DNA of 62,956 nucleotides, filler included. It is 4 parts of 4 records of this genome, joined end to end, with 100 filler letters (N's around TTAATTAATTAA, not from the genome) between each part and the next. Parts side by side here need not be neighbours in the genome. Positions count along the whole stretch, not along the records: positions 7,179 to 37,467 come from SRR31156797_3908; positions 37,568 to 54,827 come from SRR31156797_3909; 2 more parts are not named here. One strand, 5' to 3'. The position numbers were made by a program, and so were the translations under genes. This document shows, in pieces, positions 29,322 through 39,570 of this stretch (its first letter is position 1; every line of letters starts with the position of its first letter). The notes under the pieces are model-generated. The model ran no database searches. It saw only the letters and a program-made list of their open reading frames with translations, and was not told the DNA's origin.

Positions 29322-30779
29322 TTATTTCGAAGGTTCAACTCGATTTTTACCTGATTTTTTAGCATTCAGCAAAAAGTGATCGGCTCGTTCGAACGAAGAA
29401 ACAAACGTATCGGTTAATTCGATTTCAACTACGCCAAAACTGCAAGTAACAGCGCGTTGAAGTGAAGGAAAATTCATCTCACTGATATTTTTTCGAATAC
29501 GCTCCGCAGCTTGAATAGCACTGGAGAGATCATCGCCAGGAAACAAAAGCATAAATTCATCGCCACCAAACCGGCCTATAATGTCTGCCGGACGAATCTC
29601 TTCACTTACTAAGCTTGCCACCGCTGAGAGAACTTGGTCTCCAGCTGAATGGCCCTGGGTATCATTTATCTGTTTAAAGCCGTCAATATCAAACAGTGCA
29701 AGTGAAAGAGCTTGATTCGCTCTACGGCAACGATTTATTTCGTTGTTCACGTTCTTTATAAAGAACTGGCGGGTTTGCGCACCGGTCAACACATCTTTTT
29801 CTGCAAGAATACGTAAATTCTTGTTATCGAGCAAAATATGAGGAACCCATAGTCCAAAAAAGGTATTGGCAGCGAGCAGCGAGATTGTAAATTGATACAC
29901 CAGAGCATGGTGGCCCAGATCGAGCCATGAAATCAGCAGCGCGGTTGTGGTACTGAGTAACGCTAAACTGAGAAATGAACGAGCAGCGCTTTCTGTAAAT
30001 ACGATCCACATCTGCGCTATACCCAAAAAGAACACGCAAAATACAATGCTCGAGTCAGGATAAATAGCCACCAGTACACTAATGAGTGTTAGCAACACTA
30101 TCGCGATGATTTGTTTGTAAAGATAACTTTGAATCGGAGAGTGGCTATATATTGAACGAAAATGCTGAACTAACCATAGACTCTTATGCGGATAGAATTG
30201 AGCCAATATTGCAACCGTAATCGGAGCGATGACTACAACGCCAACTAAGTCACCCACCCACCATGGCCCCCAAATCGCCATGACATCCTGCGCTGAAATA
30301 ATGCCGTTATACGCTAATGCGTTAGCGCCACCAATAGCTGCTGCCAAAGAAGAAAACGCGGATATAATAAGAAACAATAAGATGAGATAGGGTATACGGA
30401 ATGTTTTACCTGTTTGACTAAGTTTACGTAATATTTCCGCACCTAACCAGTAAGACAAACAGTGAACAGTGGCAAAGAGCAGTCCTGTAAGCAACAATGT
30501 CGAAAACGGCTGCTGACCTTGGTAAATACTATTTTCCCAGAATGTGGTTGCAATTGAGGCGACCAAAACTATGGGAATTGCTCGCCATCCCAAAATAAGA
30601 AAAATTGCGTATGTTACCCCTGATGGCGGAAACCATATACTCGCATGAGGGGCATACTCCATTAGCGCTGCCGCTCGCCATAAAACCACCCACGCAACGG
30701 TGATTATAATCGACTTAGATAATGCACTAAACCATTTACTCACAAACCACGAATGTCCGTCTTCACAAGATCCTTCCAT
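29322..30779 (-). CDS. MASE1-domain diguanylate cyclase
   Basis: IWFPPSG and WWVGDLVG MASE1 motifs; DIDGFK, RPAD I-site, RFGGDEF. Confidence 0.88.
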   Translation of the reverse strand: MEGSCEDGHSWFVSKWFSALSKSIIITVAWVVLWRAAALMEYAPHASIWFPPSGVTYAIFLILGWRAIPIVLVASIATTFWENSIYQGQQPFSTLLLTGLLFATVHCLSYWLGAEILRKLSQTGKTFRIPYLILLFLIISAFSSLAAAIGGANALAYNGIISAQDVMAIWGPWWVGDLVGVVVIAPITVAILAQFYPHKSLWLVQHFRSIYSHSPIQSYLYKQIIAIVLLTLISVLVAIYPDSSIVFCVFFLGIAQMWIVFTESAARSFLSLALLSTTTALLISWLDLGHHALVYQFTISLLAANTFFGLWVPHILLDNKNLRILAEKDVLTGAQTRQFFIKNVNNEINRCRRANQALSLALFDIDGFKQINDTQGHSAGDQVLSAVASLVSEEIRPADIIGRFGGDEFMLLFPGDDLSSAIQAAERIRKNISEMNFPSLQRAVTCSFGVVEIELTDTFVSSFERADHFLLNAKKSGKNRVEPSK

Positions 30780-31023
30780 CCCTATACTTCCTTTATTCTT
30801 GCTTTAATTACCTGTAGGGAAAGCACTCTATAGTTTTCAATTTTAACGATATTCTTAATGCTTTTTTACTTGTACGGTAAAAGATTAGCGTTCGGATTAC
30901 GATCTTGCCACTTTTACTCTCAAATGAAAGAAGATTTATAGAAGTAATGCTAAATTATTACCTATAAGATCATAATTCTATTAATATGCAACCTGTTACT
31001 AATTCTACAAGGAAGTTTTTTCT

Positions 31024-32004
31024 GTGTTGAAAAAATGTACGGCGTTATTGTCTTTCTGTTGGCTACTGTTTACCGCAAGTGTCTATGCTAGGGGATATCA
31101 GGTTGTAGAAAATTTCTTTGAAGAAAGTTTCGCTTACACGGTTGTTTTAAGTGACAGTGATGTGTTTACCGTGGGTATTAAAGACTTCAACCCAAATGAA
31201 CTGTTCAATACTGATAATCCTGAACTGGGTACGGAAGACTCTGTAGCGAATAGAAAAAAATACGGAATTTCCACTTTACCAATGTCGTTTCGTCTTAACG
31301 ATGAAGAAGAGCAAGACACCCAGGAGCTGTTTTTTAGACTATCTGGTCTTGGTACTGAAGAGAAAATTCGCTGGGGAAATGAAAATGTTGATGATGATCT
31401 TAGACAAATCGTTTTAGATATTTATACGGCCTTTCGCTACGAGCACATCATCAACGAACACTGGACGATAACACCGGGGATCGGCAGCCACTTAATGCGC
31501 TATCAAAATACTATGGATTACAACAGCGTAACAGGTCGATCCTATGCCTCTTATCTCGATGGGTTGCTTTTTAACACGTCTGCATGGGCCAATATTTATG
31601 AACCGCATGTCAAACTCACGTATAACAAAGATGAGAAGTGGGGGAAATGGAACATCTCGTCGAGTGGCCACTACTTTTATGGGTATGGTTGGGGAGAGGC
31701 TAACGATGGTGAAATTGGTAACCCAGAAGGTTGGTATTGGGTAAACAGTGCTACGGTTGTCTACGATTTCACTCAAGTGGGCCGCTCTGTGCAGTCCGTG
31801 TACAGTACGATTAGAAGAGTAGATGTTGGCAGTGACGTTTCTGACCCATTAGGTACCACTTTCTATTACGAAGGTACGGTCGGTTGGTTGATGACTCCAC
31901 CATTTGAAATTAGTTATGTGGACAACATTGGTATTGGGCTGACGTTTAATTATGGTAGTGCTTTTAAAGGTGGCAGCTTAGTGCTGTTCTTTAATCAGGA
32001 TTAA
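31024..32004 (+). CDS. Solitary outer-membrane autotransporter-like beta-barrel (Vibrio DUF3233-like)
   Basis: Signal peptide, amphipathic strands, C-terminal IGLTFNYGSAFKGGSLVLFFN. Confidence 0.65.
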   Translation: MLKKCTALLSFCWLLFTASVYARGYQVVENFFEESFAYTVVLSDSDVFTVGIKDFNPNELFNTDNPELGTEDSVANRKKYGISTLPMSFRLNDEEEQDTQELFFRLSGLGTEEKIRWGNENVDDDLRQIVLDIYTAFRYEHIINEHWTITPGIGSHLMRYQNTMDYNSVTGRSYASYLDGLLFNTSAWANIYEPHVKLTYNKDEKWGKWNISSSGHYFYGYGWGEANDGEIGNPEGWYWVNSATVVYDFTQVGRSVQSVYSTIRRVDVGSDVSDPLGTTFYYEGTVGWLMTPPFEISYVDNIGIGLTFNYGSAFKGGSLVLFFNQD

Positions 32005-33245
32005 GACGCTATTTTAACGCAATTTCTACCCGCTTTCTTCGCTTCATAAAGCGCCTCGTCAGCACGCTTGATAGCCTCATACTCTTTACGTTCTGTTAAG
32101 CTATCACATACGCCCATACTGACCGTTATATTTACCGATTTGTTTCGTTGCCCGTTGCGCTTCTTAACCCCATTTTTATCGTTCTTGGGGCGAGTGTCGG
32201 TGTCTCTCAATACTAAGTCATATTGTTCGATATCGACCCTTAGTTGTTCTAAGTATTCTAGCGCTTCCTGAGCGGATTTCCCCTTAAACAAAACGGTAAA
32301 CTCTTCACCACCGTATCGATAGACACGAGCTTTGCCTTTGATGAGTCGAATACGACTCGCGACCAGTTTTAACACGTCATCGCCGGTATCATGCCCATAG
32401 GTATCGTTAAACGATTTAAAATGATCAATGTCGATCATCGCAATGGAAAATTTGCGTCCTAAACTACGCATGTCTATATCTAATGCATGCCGCCCAGGTA
32501 ATTGAGTTAAACGGTCATTAAAAGCCATTTCGTGACTAGCAGAAATCAGGTATAGCATCATCAGCACACCCGACAATGAGAACATGGTGCTAGAAACAAA
32601 CTGAAGTTGGAAAAAGATAAATGTCATGGCTGACATAAGAATCGCAGTATAGATAAACACATCCATAATTCGATTTTTGGTCAAGACGAAAATGCCTGTG
32701 ATACCTATCATTGCCAGCAAATACAAGACTAGGATTAGTGGCAGCTTTGACACGTAAGGCATTGAAAATAAGATACCTTCTGTTAGAACAGTAAAACCTT
32801 CAGTGCGGTAATAATCAACCGTAAGATAGCTCCATAACGCGAAAAGCGCTAATACGAGCAAATAGTAGAGAAAAGATCGACTCAGTAATTCGCCGTTTTT
32901 AAATGCGTAGCTCAATAGACATGCGACAGGCAGCAAAAAGCTTAGCAGTGATAGTTCGAGAAGCGTGGTACCTGTGTAAAGTGGGCTTTGTAATCGATAT
33001 TGGATAACCCAATAACTGATAAGCATGGCACAAGCAACCATAGCCATTCGACTTTGCTTGAAAATGTACGCCACCGCGATAGAACAAAGAAACAGAGCAT
33101 AGGGCAGCCCACCAGCTAGACCAAAGTTTGCTTGGGTTACCAAAATCACGTTGTTCATTCCATACCAAATCGCGCTCAATAACAGAAGCGGGAAAGTAAA
33201 CCGGAACCAAGGCGTTGTGACAAAACTCGACGACATTTGTACCAA
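32001..33245 (-). CDS. Membrane-anchored diguanylate cyclase
   Basis: ~8 TM segments; DIDHFK, YGHDTGD, RYGGEEF; no RxxD. Confidence 0.9.
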   Translation of the reverse strand: MVQMSSSFVTTPWFRFTFPLLLLSAIWYGMNNVILVTQANFGLAGGLPYALFLCSIAVAYIFKQSRMAMVACAMLISYWVIQYRLQSPLYTGTTLLELSLLSFLLPVACLLSYAFKNGELLSRSFLYYLLVLALFALWSYLTVDYYRTEGFTVLTEGILFSMPYVSKLPLILVLYLLAMIGITGIFVLTKNRIMDVFIYTAILMSAMTFIFFQLQFVSSTMFSLSGVLMMLYLISASHEMAFNDRLTQLPGRHALDIDMRSLGRKFSIAMIDIDHFKSFNDTYGHDTGDDVLKLVASRIRLIKGKARVYRYGGEEFTVLFKGKSAQEALEYLEQLRVDIEQYDLVLRDTDTRPKNDKNGVKKRNGQRNKSVNITVSMGVCDSLTERKEYEAIKRADEALYEAKKAGRNCVKIAS

Positions 33246-33547
33246 TAAGCCAACAGACTATTATCTGCTTAGATCAATAATTAATTTGCTAAGAATAACT
33301 TTATTTAATGAATTTCCAAGCTTTTTGCTAAACTTAAGTCGTAAATGCGAGCGCTTGGGCAAAGAACGTTCAATTATTAACAATCTTAATTTGATAAATA
33401 GACATCCTTACAATAACTTTGATACCCAAGTAGCTTAATTATGGTAGGTTTAAAGGCTTCATCACGAGTTCAGTTCATCGTTAAAATCCTCTGAGGTTGT
33501 TTAGCCTAGGAATGGAGTCGCTGGTGTAATTGATTAGGAGAGTTTCA

Positions 33548-33925
33548 ATGCAACTTAATGTTGAAGTGCACAACTATATGGAAACGCTTGTTGGACAAGT
33601 TTTAGGGCAAGATTACTATACCGAGACTTACAGTCATGATCAGCTTGCAGACTTAGCTTGTTTAGCATTAAGTCAACTTCGTCCTGTTTATATACGATTT
33701 GATATCGATTTCCTTTCTGCTTTGCCGGAAGAACGTTTAGTTATCTTAAAAGATCATGCTCTGACTGCGGTCGAAGCTGCCGAACCGATGATCTTAGATG
33801 ACAGGCGCAAGAGTCGCGATTTAGATGTGCCAATTGTTATGACACAAACTCAGTTTGATGAAGATGCCGAACTTGAATGGTACGAGAAACCAATTTTAGG
33901 ACATACCCGTTTACCTAAGGAGTAG
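33548..33925 (+). CDS. ComFB-family protein
   Basis: HNYMETLV and DLACLALSQLRPVY motifs; AGGAG RBS. Confidence 0.8.
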   Translation: MQLNVEVHNYMETLVGQVLGQDYYTETYSHDQLADLACLALSQLRPVYIRFDIDFLSALPEERLVILKDHALTAVEAAEPMILDDRRKSRDLDVPIVMTQTQFDEDAELEWYEKPILGHTRLPKE

Positions 33926-33927
33926 TT

Positions 33928-34206
33928 GTGGGACTTTTTTCACGTTTGTTTGGTGGCAAATCAGAAGCAAAAACTGTATCTGTTGAGCCAGTAGAATATA
34001 AAGAATTTCTAATTTATCAGGAAGTTATTGCCGAAGGTGGCCAATATAGAGTGGCAGGGCGGATAACAAAAGAAATCGATGGTGAACTTAAGACTCATCG
34101 TTTTATTCGTTCGGATGTTGTTTCCAATAAAACTGATGCAGAAGAATTGATGCTGAAAAAAGCACAAATGTTTATTGATCAAATGTCTGGTCGGATCTTC
34201 GATTAA
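33928..34206 (+). CDS. Small conserved protein of the Pfam 'HlyU'-named family (not the ArsR-type HlyU)
   Basis: GLFSRLFGG, EGGQYRVAGRI, HRFIRSD, KAQMFIDQ. Confidence 0.75.
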   Translation: MGLFSRLFGGKSEAKTVSVEPVEYKEFLIYQEVIAEGGQYRVAGRITKEIDGELKTHRFIRSDVVSNKTDAEELMLKKAQMFIDQMSGRIFD

Positions 34207-34238
34207 CCGAACAAGTCGTTGACAGAAATCATAATTTG

Positions 34239-34271
34239 AAGAGCTATAAGCCGCTAGTCTTGTAGCTCTTT
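34239..34271 (+). terminator. Terminator
   Basis: AAGAGCTATAAG/CTTGTAGCTCTT stem. Confidence 0.6.
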
Positions 34272-34486
34272 ATATATTTGCGCTCTGTGAAATTTTAAAT
34301 TTTTTCCGATAACGCTTTAAGCTGTAGCACGTAAACGTCAACATTGATTCGCTAAATTACTCTATATAGTGATATTGCGCTACGTTATAACTAATAAACC
34401 TAGAATATTATTACAAATATCTTGAGTTTGGATGAGTCGTTAGATAAAAAAAGAATATCCACAGTGCCAATAGTCAAGGAATAGCT

Positions 34487-36034
34487 ATGCAAATTGGTGT
34501 ACCAAAAGAAATACTCGCCGGAGAAACGCGAGTCGCTGCTTCACCTTCCTCGGTTCAGCAGTTGATTAAACTGGGCTTTGAAGTTTTTATCGAGTCTTCA
34601 GCAGGGGAATTAGCAAGCTTCGATAATCGTGCTTACGAACAATCTGGAGCAAAGATCGTTTCTAAAGAAGATGTTTGGAAATCAGATCTGATTTTTAAGG
34701 TTAACGCTCCAATTATCAATGATGAAACTGATGAGTTAGCTTTAATCAAAGAAGGGGCAACATTAGTTAGTTTTATCTGGCCAGCTCAGCACCCTGAATT
34801 GATGGAAAAACTATCGAGTAAGAACATCAACGTTCTTGCTATGGATTCTGTGCCGCGTATTTCTAGGGCGCAATCTTTAGATGCACTATCGTCAATGGCG
34901 AACATTGCAGGCTATCGCGCTGTTGTAGAAGCCGCTCATGAATTTGGTCGCTTCTTCACAGGTCAAATTACTGCTGCGGGTAAAGTACCACCGGCGAAAG
35001 TATTTGTTGCGGGTGCTGGCGTTGCAGGTCTGGCTGCTATTGGTGCAGCGGGTAGTCTTGGTGCTATTGTCCGAGCTTTTGATGTTCGACCTGAAGTTAA
35101 AGAGCAGGTTCAATCAATGGGCGCTGAGTTCCTTGAAGTCGACTATCAAGAAAATTCAGGTGCTGGTGACGGCTACGCTAAAGAAATGTCAGACGAGTTC
35201 AATAAGAAAGCCGCTGAACTTTATGCAGAACAAGCGAAAGATGTCGACATCATCATCACTACCGCATTGATTCCTGGTCGCCCAGCACCTAAATTGGTCA
35301 CCAAAGAAATGGTCGATTCAATGAAAGCGGGTAGCGTTATCGTCGACTTAGCCGCTGCTAATGGTGGTAACTGTGAATACACAGTTAAAGATCAAGTGGT
35401 TACGACAGATAATGGCGTTAAAATCATCGGTTACACAGACATGGTTGGCCGACTACCAACGCAGTCTTCACAACTTTATGCCACTAACCTTGTTAACTTA
35501 GTTAAGCTTCTTTGCAAAGAAAAAGATGGCAACATCAATATCGATTTCGAAGATGTGGTACTACGTGGTGTTACTGTAGTGAAAGAAGGCGAGGTAACTT
35601 GGCCAGCACCACCAATCCAAGTATCTGCACAGCCTCAAGCTAAACCTCAACCAGAACAGCCTAAAGCGGTTAAAGAAGAAGAGCCAACATCGCCAGTTAA
35701 GAAAATTATTGGATTAGCGGCAAGTCTTGGTGCGTTTGCTTGGATTGCAAGCGTTGCCCCGGCTGCATTCTTAGGTCACTTTACGGTATTTGTTCTAGCC
35801 TGTGTGGTTGGTTATTACGTCGTGTGGAATGTAACCCATGCGCTGCATACACCATTAATGTCAGTAACAAATGCTATTTCAGGCATCATTGTTGTAGGTG
35901 CTTTACTGCAGATAGGGCAAGGACACGGGTTCGTTAGCTTCCTATCATTCATCGCTATTTTGATTGCAAGTATCAACATCTTTGGTGGTTTTACCGTCAC
36001 CAAACGTATGCTTGAAATGTTCCGTAAAGACTAA
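34487..36034 (+). CDS. pntA: NAD(P) transhydrogenase alpha subunit
   Basis: [35 protein letters not shown]. Confidence 0.98.
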   Translation: MQIGVPKEILAGETRVAASPSSVQQLIKLGFEVFIESSAGELASFDNRAYEQSGAKIVSKEDVWKSDLIFKVNAPIINDETDELALIKEGATLVSFIWPAQHPELMEKLSSKNINVLAMDSVPRISRAQSLDALSSMANIAGYRAVVEAAHEFGRFFTGQITAAGKVPPAKVFVAGAGVAGLAAIGAAGSLGAIVRAFDVRPEVKEQVQSMGAEFLEVDYQENSGAGDGYAKEMSDEFNKKAAELYAEQAKDVDIIITTALIPGRPAPKLVTKEMVDSMKAGSVIVDLAAANGGNCEYTVKDQVVTTDNGVKIIGYTDMVGRLPTQSSQLYATNLVNLVKLLCKEKDGNINIDFEDVVLRGVTVVKEGEVTWPAPPIQVSAQPQAKPQPEQPKAVKEEEPTSPVKKIIGLAASLGAFAWIASVAPAAFLGHFTVFVLACVVGYYVVWNVTHALHTPLMSVTNAISGIIVVGALLQIGQGHGFVSFLSFIAILIASINIFGGFTVTKRMLEMFRKD

Positions 36035-36045
36035 AGGAGTAAACA

Positions 36046-37422
36046 ATGTCTGCAGGATTAGTACAAGCAGCTTATATTGTTGCTGCTTTGTTTTTCATAA
36101 TGAGTTTGGCTGGTTTATCTAAACAGCAATCTGCGCGAGCAGGTAACTATTATGGTATTGCCGGTATGGCAATCGCGTTGGTAGCAACGATCTTCAGCCC
36201 CAACGCTGAAGGCTTTAGCTGGATCATACTCGCTATGGTGATTGGTGGCGGTATTGGTATCCATTTCGCTAAAAAAGTTGAAATGACTGAAATGCCTGAA
36301 CTTGTGGCTATTTTACACAGTTTCGTAGGTATGGCCGCTGTATTGGTGGGTTACAACAGTTATTTAGATGCGCCTGAAACCGCAACTCACGCTGAACATG
36401 TTATCCACCTTGTAGAAGTATTTGTGGGTGTGTTTATCGGTGCGGTTACCTTTACCGGTTCTATTGTCGCATTTGGTAAATTACGCGGAATCATCAAATC
36501 TTCGCCACTGAATCTGCCTCATAAGCACAAGATGAACTTGGCGGCGGTGGTTGTTTCAACATTGTTGATGCTTTACTTCGTTAACGTTGATGGCAGCATG
36601 TTTGCCATAATCGTGATGACATTGATCGCATTTGCATTTGGCTACCACTTAGTGGCATCTATTGGCGGCGCGGATATGCCAGTTGTGGTTTCAATGCTGA
36701 ACTCATATTCAGGTTGGGCAGCGGCGGCAGCGGGTTTCATGCTTGCAAATGATCTACTTATTGTAACAGGTGCCTTAGTCGGTTCATCTGGTGCGATTCT
36801 GTCATACATCATGTGTAAAGCAATGAACCGTTCGTTCATCAGTGTTATTGCTGGCGGCTTTGGCCAAGAAGTGGTGATCAGTTCAGATGAAGAGCAGGGC
36901 GAACACAGAGAGACCAATGCTGAAGATGTCGCAGATATGCTGAAAAACTCGAAGTCAGTAATTATTACTCCGGGATACGGCATGGCGGTTGCACAAGCTC
37001 AGTATCCAGTTTTTGAAATTACTGAAAAATTGAGAGCGCTAGGCGTTGAAGTCCGCTTTGGTATTCACCCAGTCGCAGGTCGTCTACCAGGACACATGAA
37101 CGTTCTGCTTGCTGAAGCCAAAGTGCCTTATGATATCGTGCTCGAAATGGACGAGATCAACGACGACTTTAGCGAAACAGACACAGTATTAGTTATTGGC
37201 GCAAACGACACCGTTAACCCTGCTGCACTTGAAGATCCAAACAGTCCTATTGCTGGTATGCCAGTATTAGAAGTTTGGAATGCACAAAACGTTATCGTGT
37301 TTAAACGCTCGATGAATACCGGTTACGCTGGTGTGCAAAACCCATTGTTCTTTAAAGAGAACACTCAGATGCTGTTCGGCGATGCAAAACAAAGCTGTAA
37401 TGACATTTTAAGCCACATCTAA
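36046..37422 (+). CDS. pntB: NAD(P) transhydrogenase beta subunit
   Basis: [38 protein letters not shown]. Confidence 0.98.
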   Translation: MSAGLVQAAYIVAALFFIMSLAGLSKQQSARAGNYYGIAGMAIALVATIFSPNAEGFSWIILAMVIGGGIGIHFAKKVEMTEMPELVAILHSFVGMAAVLVGYNSYLDAPETATHAEHVIHLVEVFVGVFIGAVTFTGSIVAFGKLRGIIKSSPLNLPHKHKMNLAAVVVSTLLMLYFVNVDGSMFAIIVMTLIAFAFGYHLVASIGGADMPVVVSMLNSYSGWAAAAAGFMLANDLLIVTGALVGSSGAILSYIMCKAMNRSFISVIAGGFGQEVVISSDEEQGEHRETNAEDVADMLKNSKSVIITPGYGMAVAQAQYPVFEITEKLRALGVEVRFGIHPVAGRLPGHMNVLLAEAKVPYDIVLEMDEINDDFSETDTVLVIGANDTVNPAALEDPNSPIAGMPVLEVWNAQNVIVFKRSMNTGYAGVQNPLFFKENTQMLFGDAKQSCNDILSHI

Positions 37423-37438
37423 CCGTGCTTCGTTAACT

Positions 37439-37466
37439 AAAAAAGAGAACCTAGGTTCTCTTTTTT
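37439..37466 (+). terminator. Bidirectional intrinsic terminator
   Basis: AAAAAAGAGAAC-CTAG-GTTCTCTTTTTT. Confidence 0.85.
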
Positions 37467-37467
37467 A

Positions 37468-37567
37468 NNNNNNNNNNNNNNNNNNNNNNNNNNNNNNNNN
37501 NNNNNNNNNNNTTAATTAATTAANNNNNNNNNNNNNNNNNNNNNNNNNNNNNNNNNNNNNNNNNNNN
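37468..37567. other. Artificial contig spacer
   Basis: N44-TTAATTAATTAA-N44. Confidence 0.98.
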
Positions 37568-37677
37568 TAAAAGAAAAGAACTCACTACGTTCAAACAACT
37601 TTTCTTTCTTAACGCTCCGATCCCTTATTTTTTTTAACGCTTTTGCATGAAGGCGGATAACAAATAAATCGAACATT

Positions 37678-38862
37678 TTACAATTTAAACTGACACAACA
37701 ATCCAATAAAATCTCCTGTATTAGATGAGGCACTTCCATCCTGTACAAGGTAATGTAAGCCCAGTTTTAATTTGTCTTTATTCATATACCAGTTAACACC
37801 AATATCCCAGGTTTGATCATCGCCTACATGTTTAAATAGAGCGGACTCACCTTTTCCTTCATAGTTATCTACACAGACTACTGATTCCAGGTACTTGCCT
37901 CCCATTATAAAATTATATGCTAATCTTACGCGCCATTCTTCTCCTTCAAAATGATCATATCCTTCGGCTTCGCGTTTCATTACAAAATATTCACCATCCA
38001 AACGAAAACCTTCATAATCTACTAAAATATCTGCCCCGTAAGCCTGTGATTGATCGAATTGAATGGTTTCACTCACCTCTCCCTTTGACTGGGTAGAACC
38101 TCCAACTCCTAGAGTTATTCCATTTCGTTTTTTCCAGGCATTACCTGATAACATATACTTATACGACTTTTGCTCCGGTTGTCCTATGGAGAACATGATA
38201 CGGACTGTATACAAACGACCTGATTCTTCATTTAAATACTTTTGAGGTTCATAAGTTCCAATCCGATAACTTATGCCAAAACCATCAAAATTTTTGATAC
38301 CTCCCAAGGCAATACCACTTTCAATACCATTCCCTTTTCCAGCTACAAAACTACGTAAATACCAGGCTGCTCTTGTTTTATCAAACGATCCCACAGCCCA
38401 TGGTGCCGTATTAAACTCCCGACTAATTGCTGTCCAAAAATAACCTGCATGTAAATTAAAAAGCTCACTTTTCTTTGATAAGCGTGCTGTTATAAAGGCA
38501 TTCCATATGTCCACTTTACCAGGATAAGACCCTTTCGTTGCTGCATATGGATCTTCTCCCAATCGATCCAGCTGTAATTGAAGGCTATACTTTAGCCAAC
38601 TATAAGGTTGTCCTTTTGCTCCAAATCGAAATCGTCTGAATGATATATCTGCTCTATCCTTATATTCCCCATCTTTTTCGTCCATACTGTAAGTAGCCCA
38701 CGATTGTATACTCACGCACGGCATAAACATTTTCTCCTTATTTAATTTCTCCCAAACGATATCGGAAGTAGAATTTTCTATTGCCTTTTGCCCTTTTAAA
38801 GAAATTGACAAACACAGAATTAATAATAAAATGCCCCTTTTGTTTTTTTTAGTTTGTTTCAT
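37678..38862 (-). CDS. Outer-membrane porin, OprO/OprP-like
   Basis: Signal peptide, FRRFRFGAKG, GVNWY, terminal LCQFKL. Confidence 0.7.
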   Translation of the reverse strand: MKQTKKNKRGILLLILCLSISLKGQKAIENSTSDIVWEKLNKEKMFMPCVSIQSWATYSMDEKDGEYKDRADISFRRFRFGAKGQPYSWLKYSLQLQLDRLGEDPYAATKGSYPGKVDIWNAFITARLSKKSELFNLHAGYFWTAISREFNTAPWAVGSFDKTRAAWYLRSFVAGKGNGIESGIALGGIKNFDGFGISYRIGTYEPQKYLNEESGRLYTVRIMFSIGQPEQKSYKYMLSGNAWKKRNGITLGVGGSTQSKGEVSETIQFDQSQAYGADILVDYEGFRLDGEYFVMKREAEGYDHFEGEEWRVRLAYNFIMGGKYLESVVCVDNYEGKGESALFKHVGDDQTWDIGVNWYMNKDKLKLGLHYLVQDGSASSNTGDFIGLLCQFKL

Positions 38863-39001
38863 AATACCCTTTTTATGCTCACTCCTGTAAACTGGTTTCT
38901 TGTCTGTGTAATAAGCCTTAACCTTTAGTTTTCCGGACAAATAAAGTTTAATGCTTCTTTTTGTGTTTGCCAGCTATACTTTTCTAATGATGGTTCTTAT
39001 G

Positions 39002-39025
39002 CTTTATTCATTTTCATGAATAACG
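39002..39025. promoter_or_regulatory. ModE-box-like operator
   Basis: CTTTATTCA-N6-TGAATAACG; 8 of 9 positions palindromic, same 9-6-9 architecture as CGTTATATA-N6-TATATAACG. Confidence 0.6.
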
Positions 39026-39029
39026 CTAT

Positions 39030-39380
39030 TCAAAAAAAACACAACCATAAATCATCAGCTTTCAAATTTTTAAACTGATCATGTGCTTGCGCTAATTTTT
39101 CGTATTCCCTAATTGTTTTATCGCCGAACTTAGTCACCACTGCCCCTCCTCCATTGGACCCTCCTCTTTGACGGATTACCAATGGTAAAGGTGATAATTC
39201 GTTCATTTCTTTAATGAAATGCCAAGCCTGCTGGTATGACATTTTTAATGCTTTTGAAGCCGCATTGATAGATCCGGCTTCTTTCACAAGCTTTAACAAG
39301 GCTATTCTTTTGGCAGTTAGAAATACCTGTCCATCTTTAGAAATCTCCAAGTCTCCTTGTATGTAAAATTTCGGTTTCAT
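39030..39380 (-). CDS. ModE-family winged-HTH regulator lacking molybdate-binding domains
   Basis: RIALLKLVKEAGSINAASKALKMSYQQAW and RGGSNGGGAVVT; only ~116 aa. Confidence 0.85.
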   Translation of the reverse strand: MKPKFYIQGDLEISKDGQVFLTAKRIALLKLVKEAGSINAASKALKMSYQQAWHFIKEMNELSPLPLVIRQRGGSNGGGAVVTKFGDKTIREYEKLAQAHDQFKNLKADDLWLCFF

Positions 39381-39570
39381 GCAGAATCTTCTACAAATAC
39401 CCATGCCAGATCACATAAATAACTGATGTATTGATTTATGATAATTTAGATAAATAAAAAAGACCTACAAAAATGTAGGCCTTTTTAAATGTCATCATAC
39501 AAAAATGTAGGGTTAAAAAATAGGAGAATCAAAGAAAGTCGTACGATATTTTAAGAATTCACTTTCCTTT

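Noticed and set aside
33928-34206. HlyU virulence regulator
   Set aside because: No ArsR/SmtB wHTH; only shares a family name
37512-37748. 78-aa ORF crossing the spacer (likewise the X-containing tail of 6856..7134)
   Set aside because: Artifact of the N/TTAATTAATTAA linker
38875-38945. Possible Moco/Wco riboswitch before the porin (TCCG...CTAA...GAAAC...AGGAG on the minus strand)
   Set aside because: Lacks the GCCTCC element and convincing stems; cmscan would be needed
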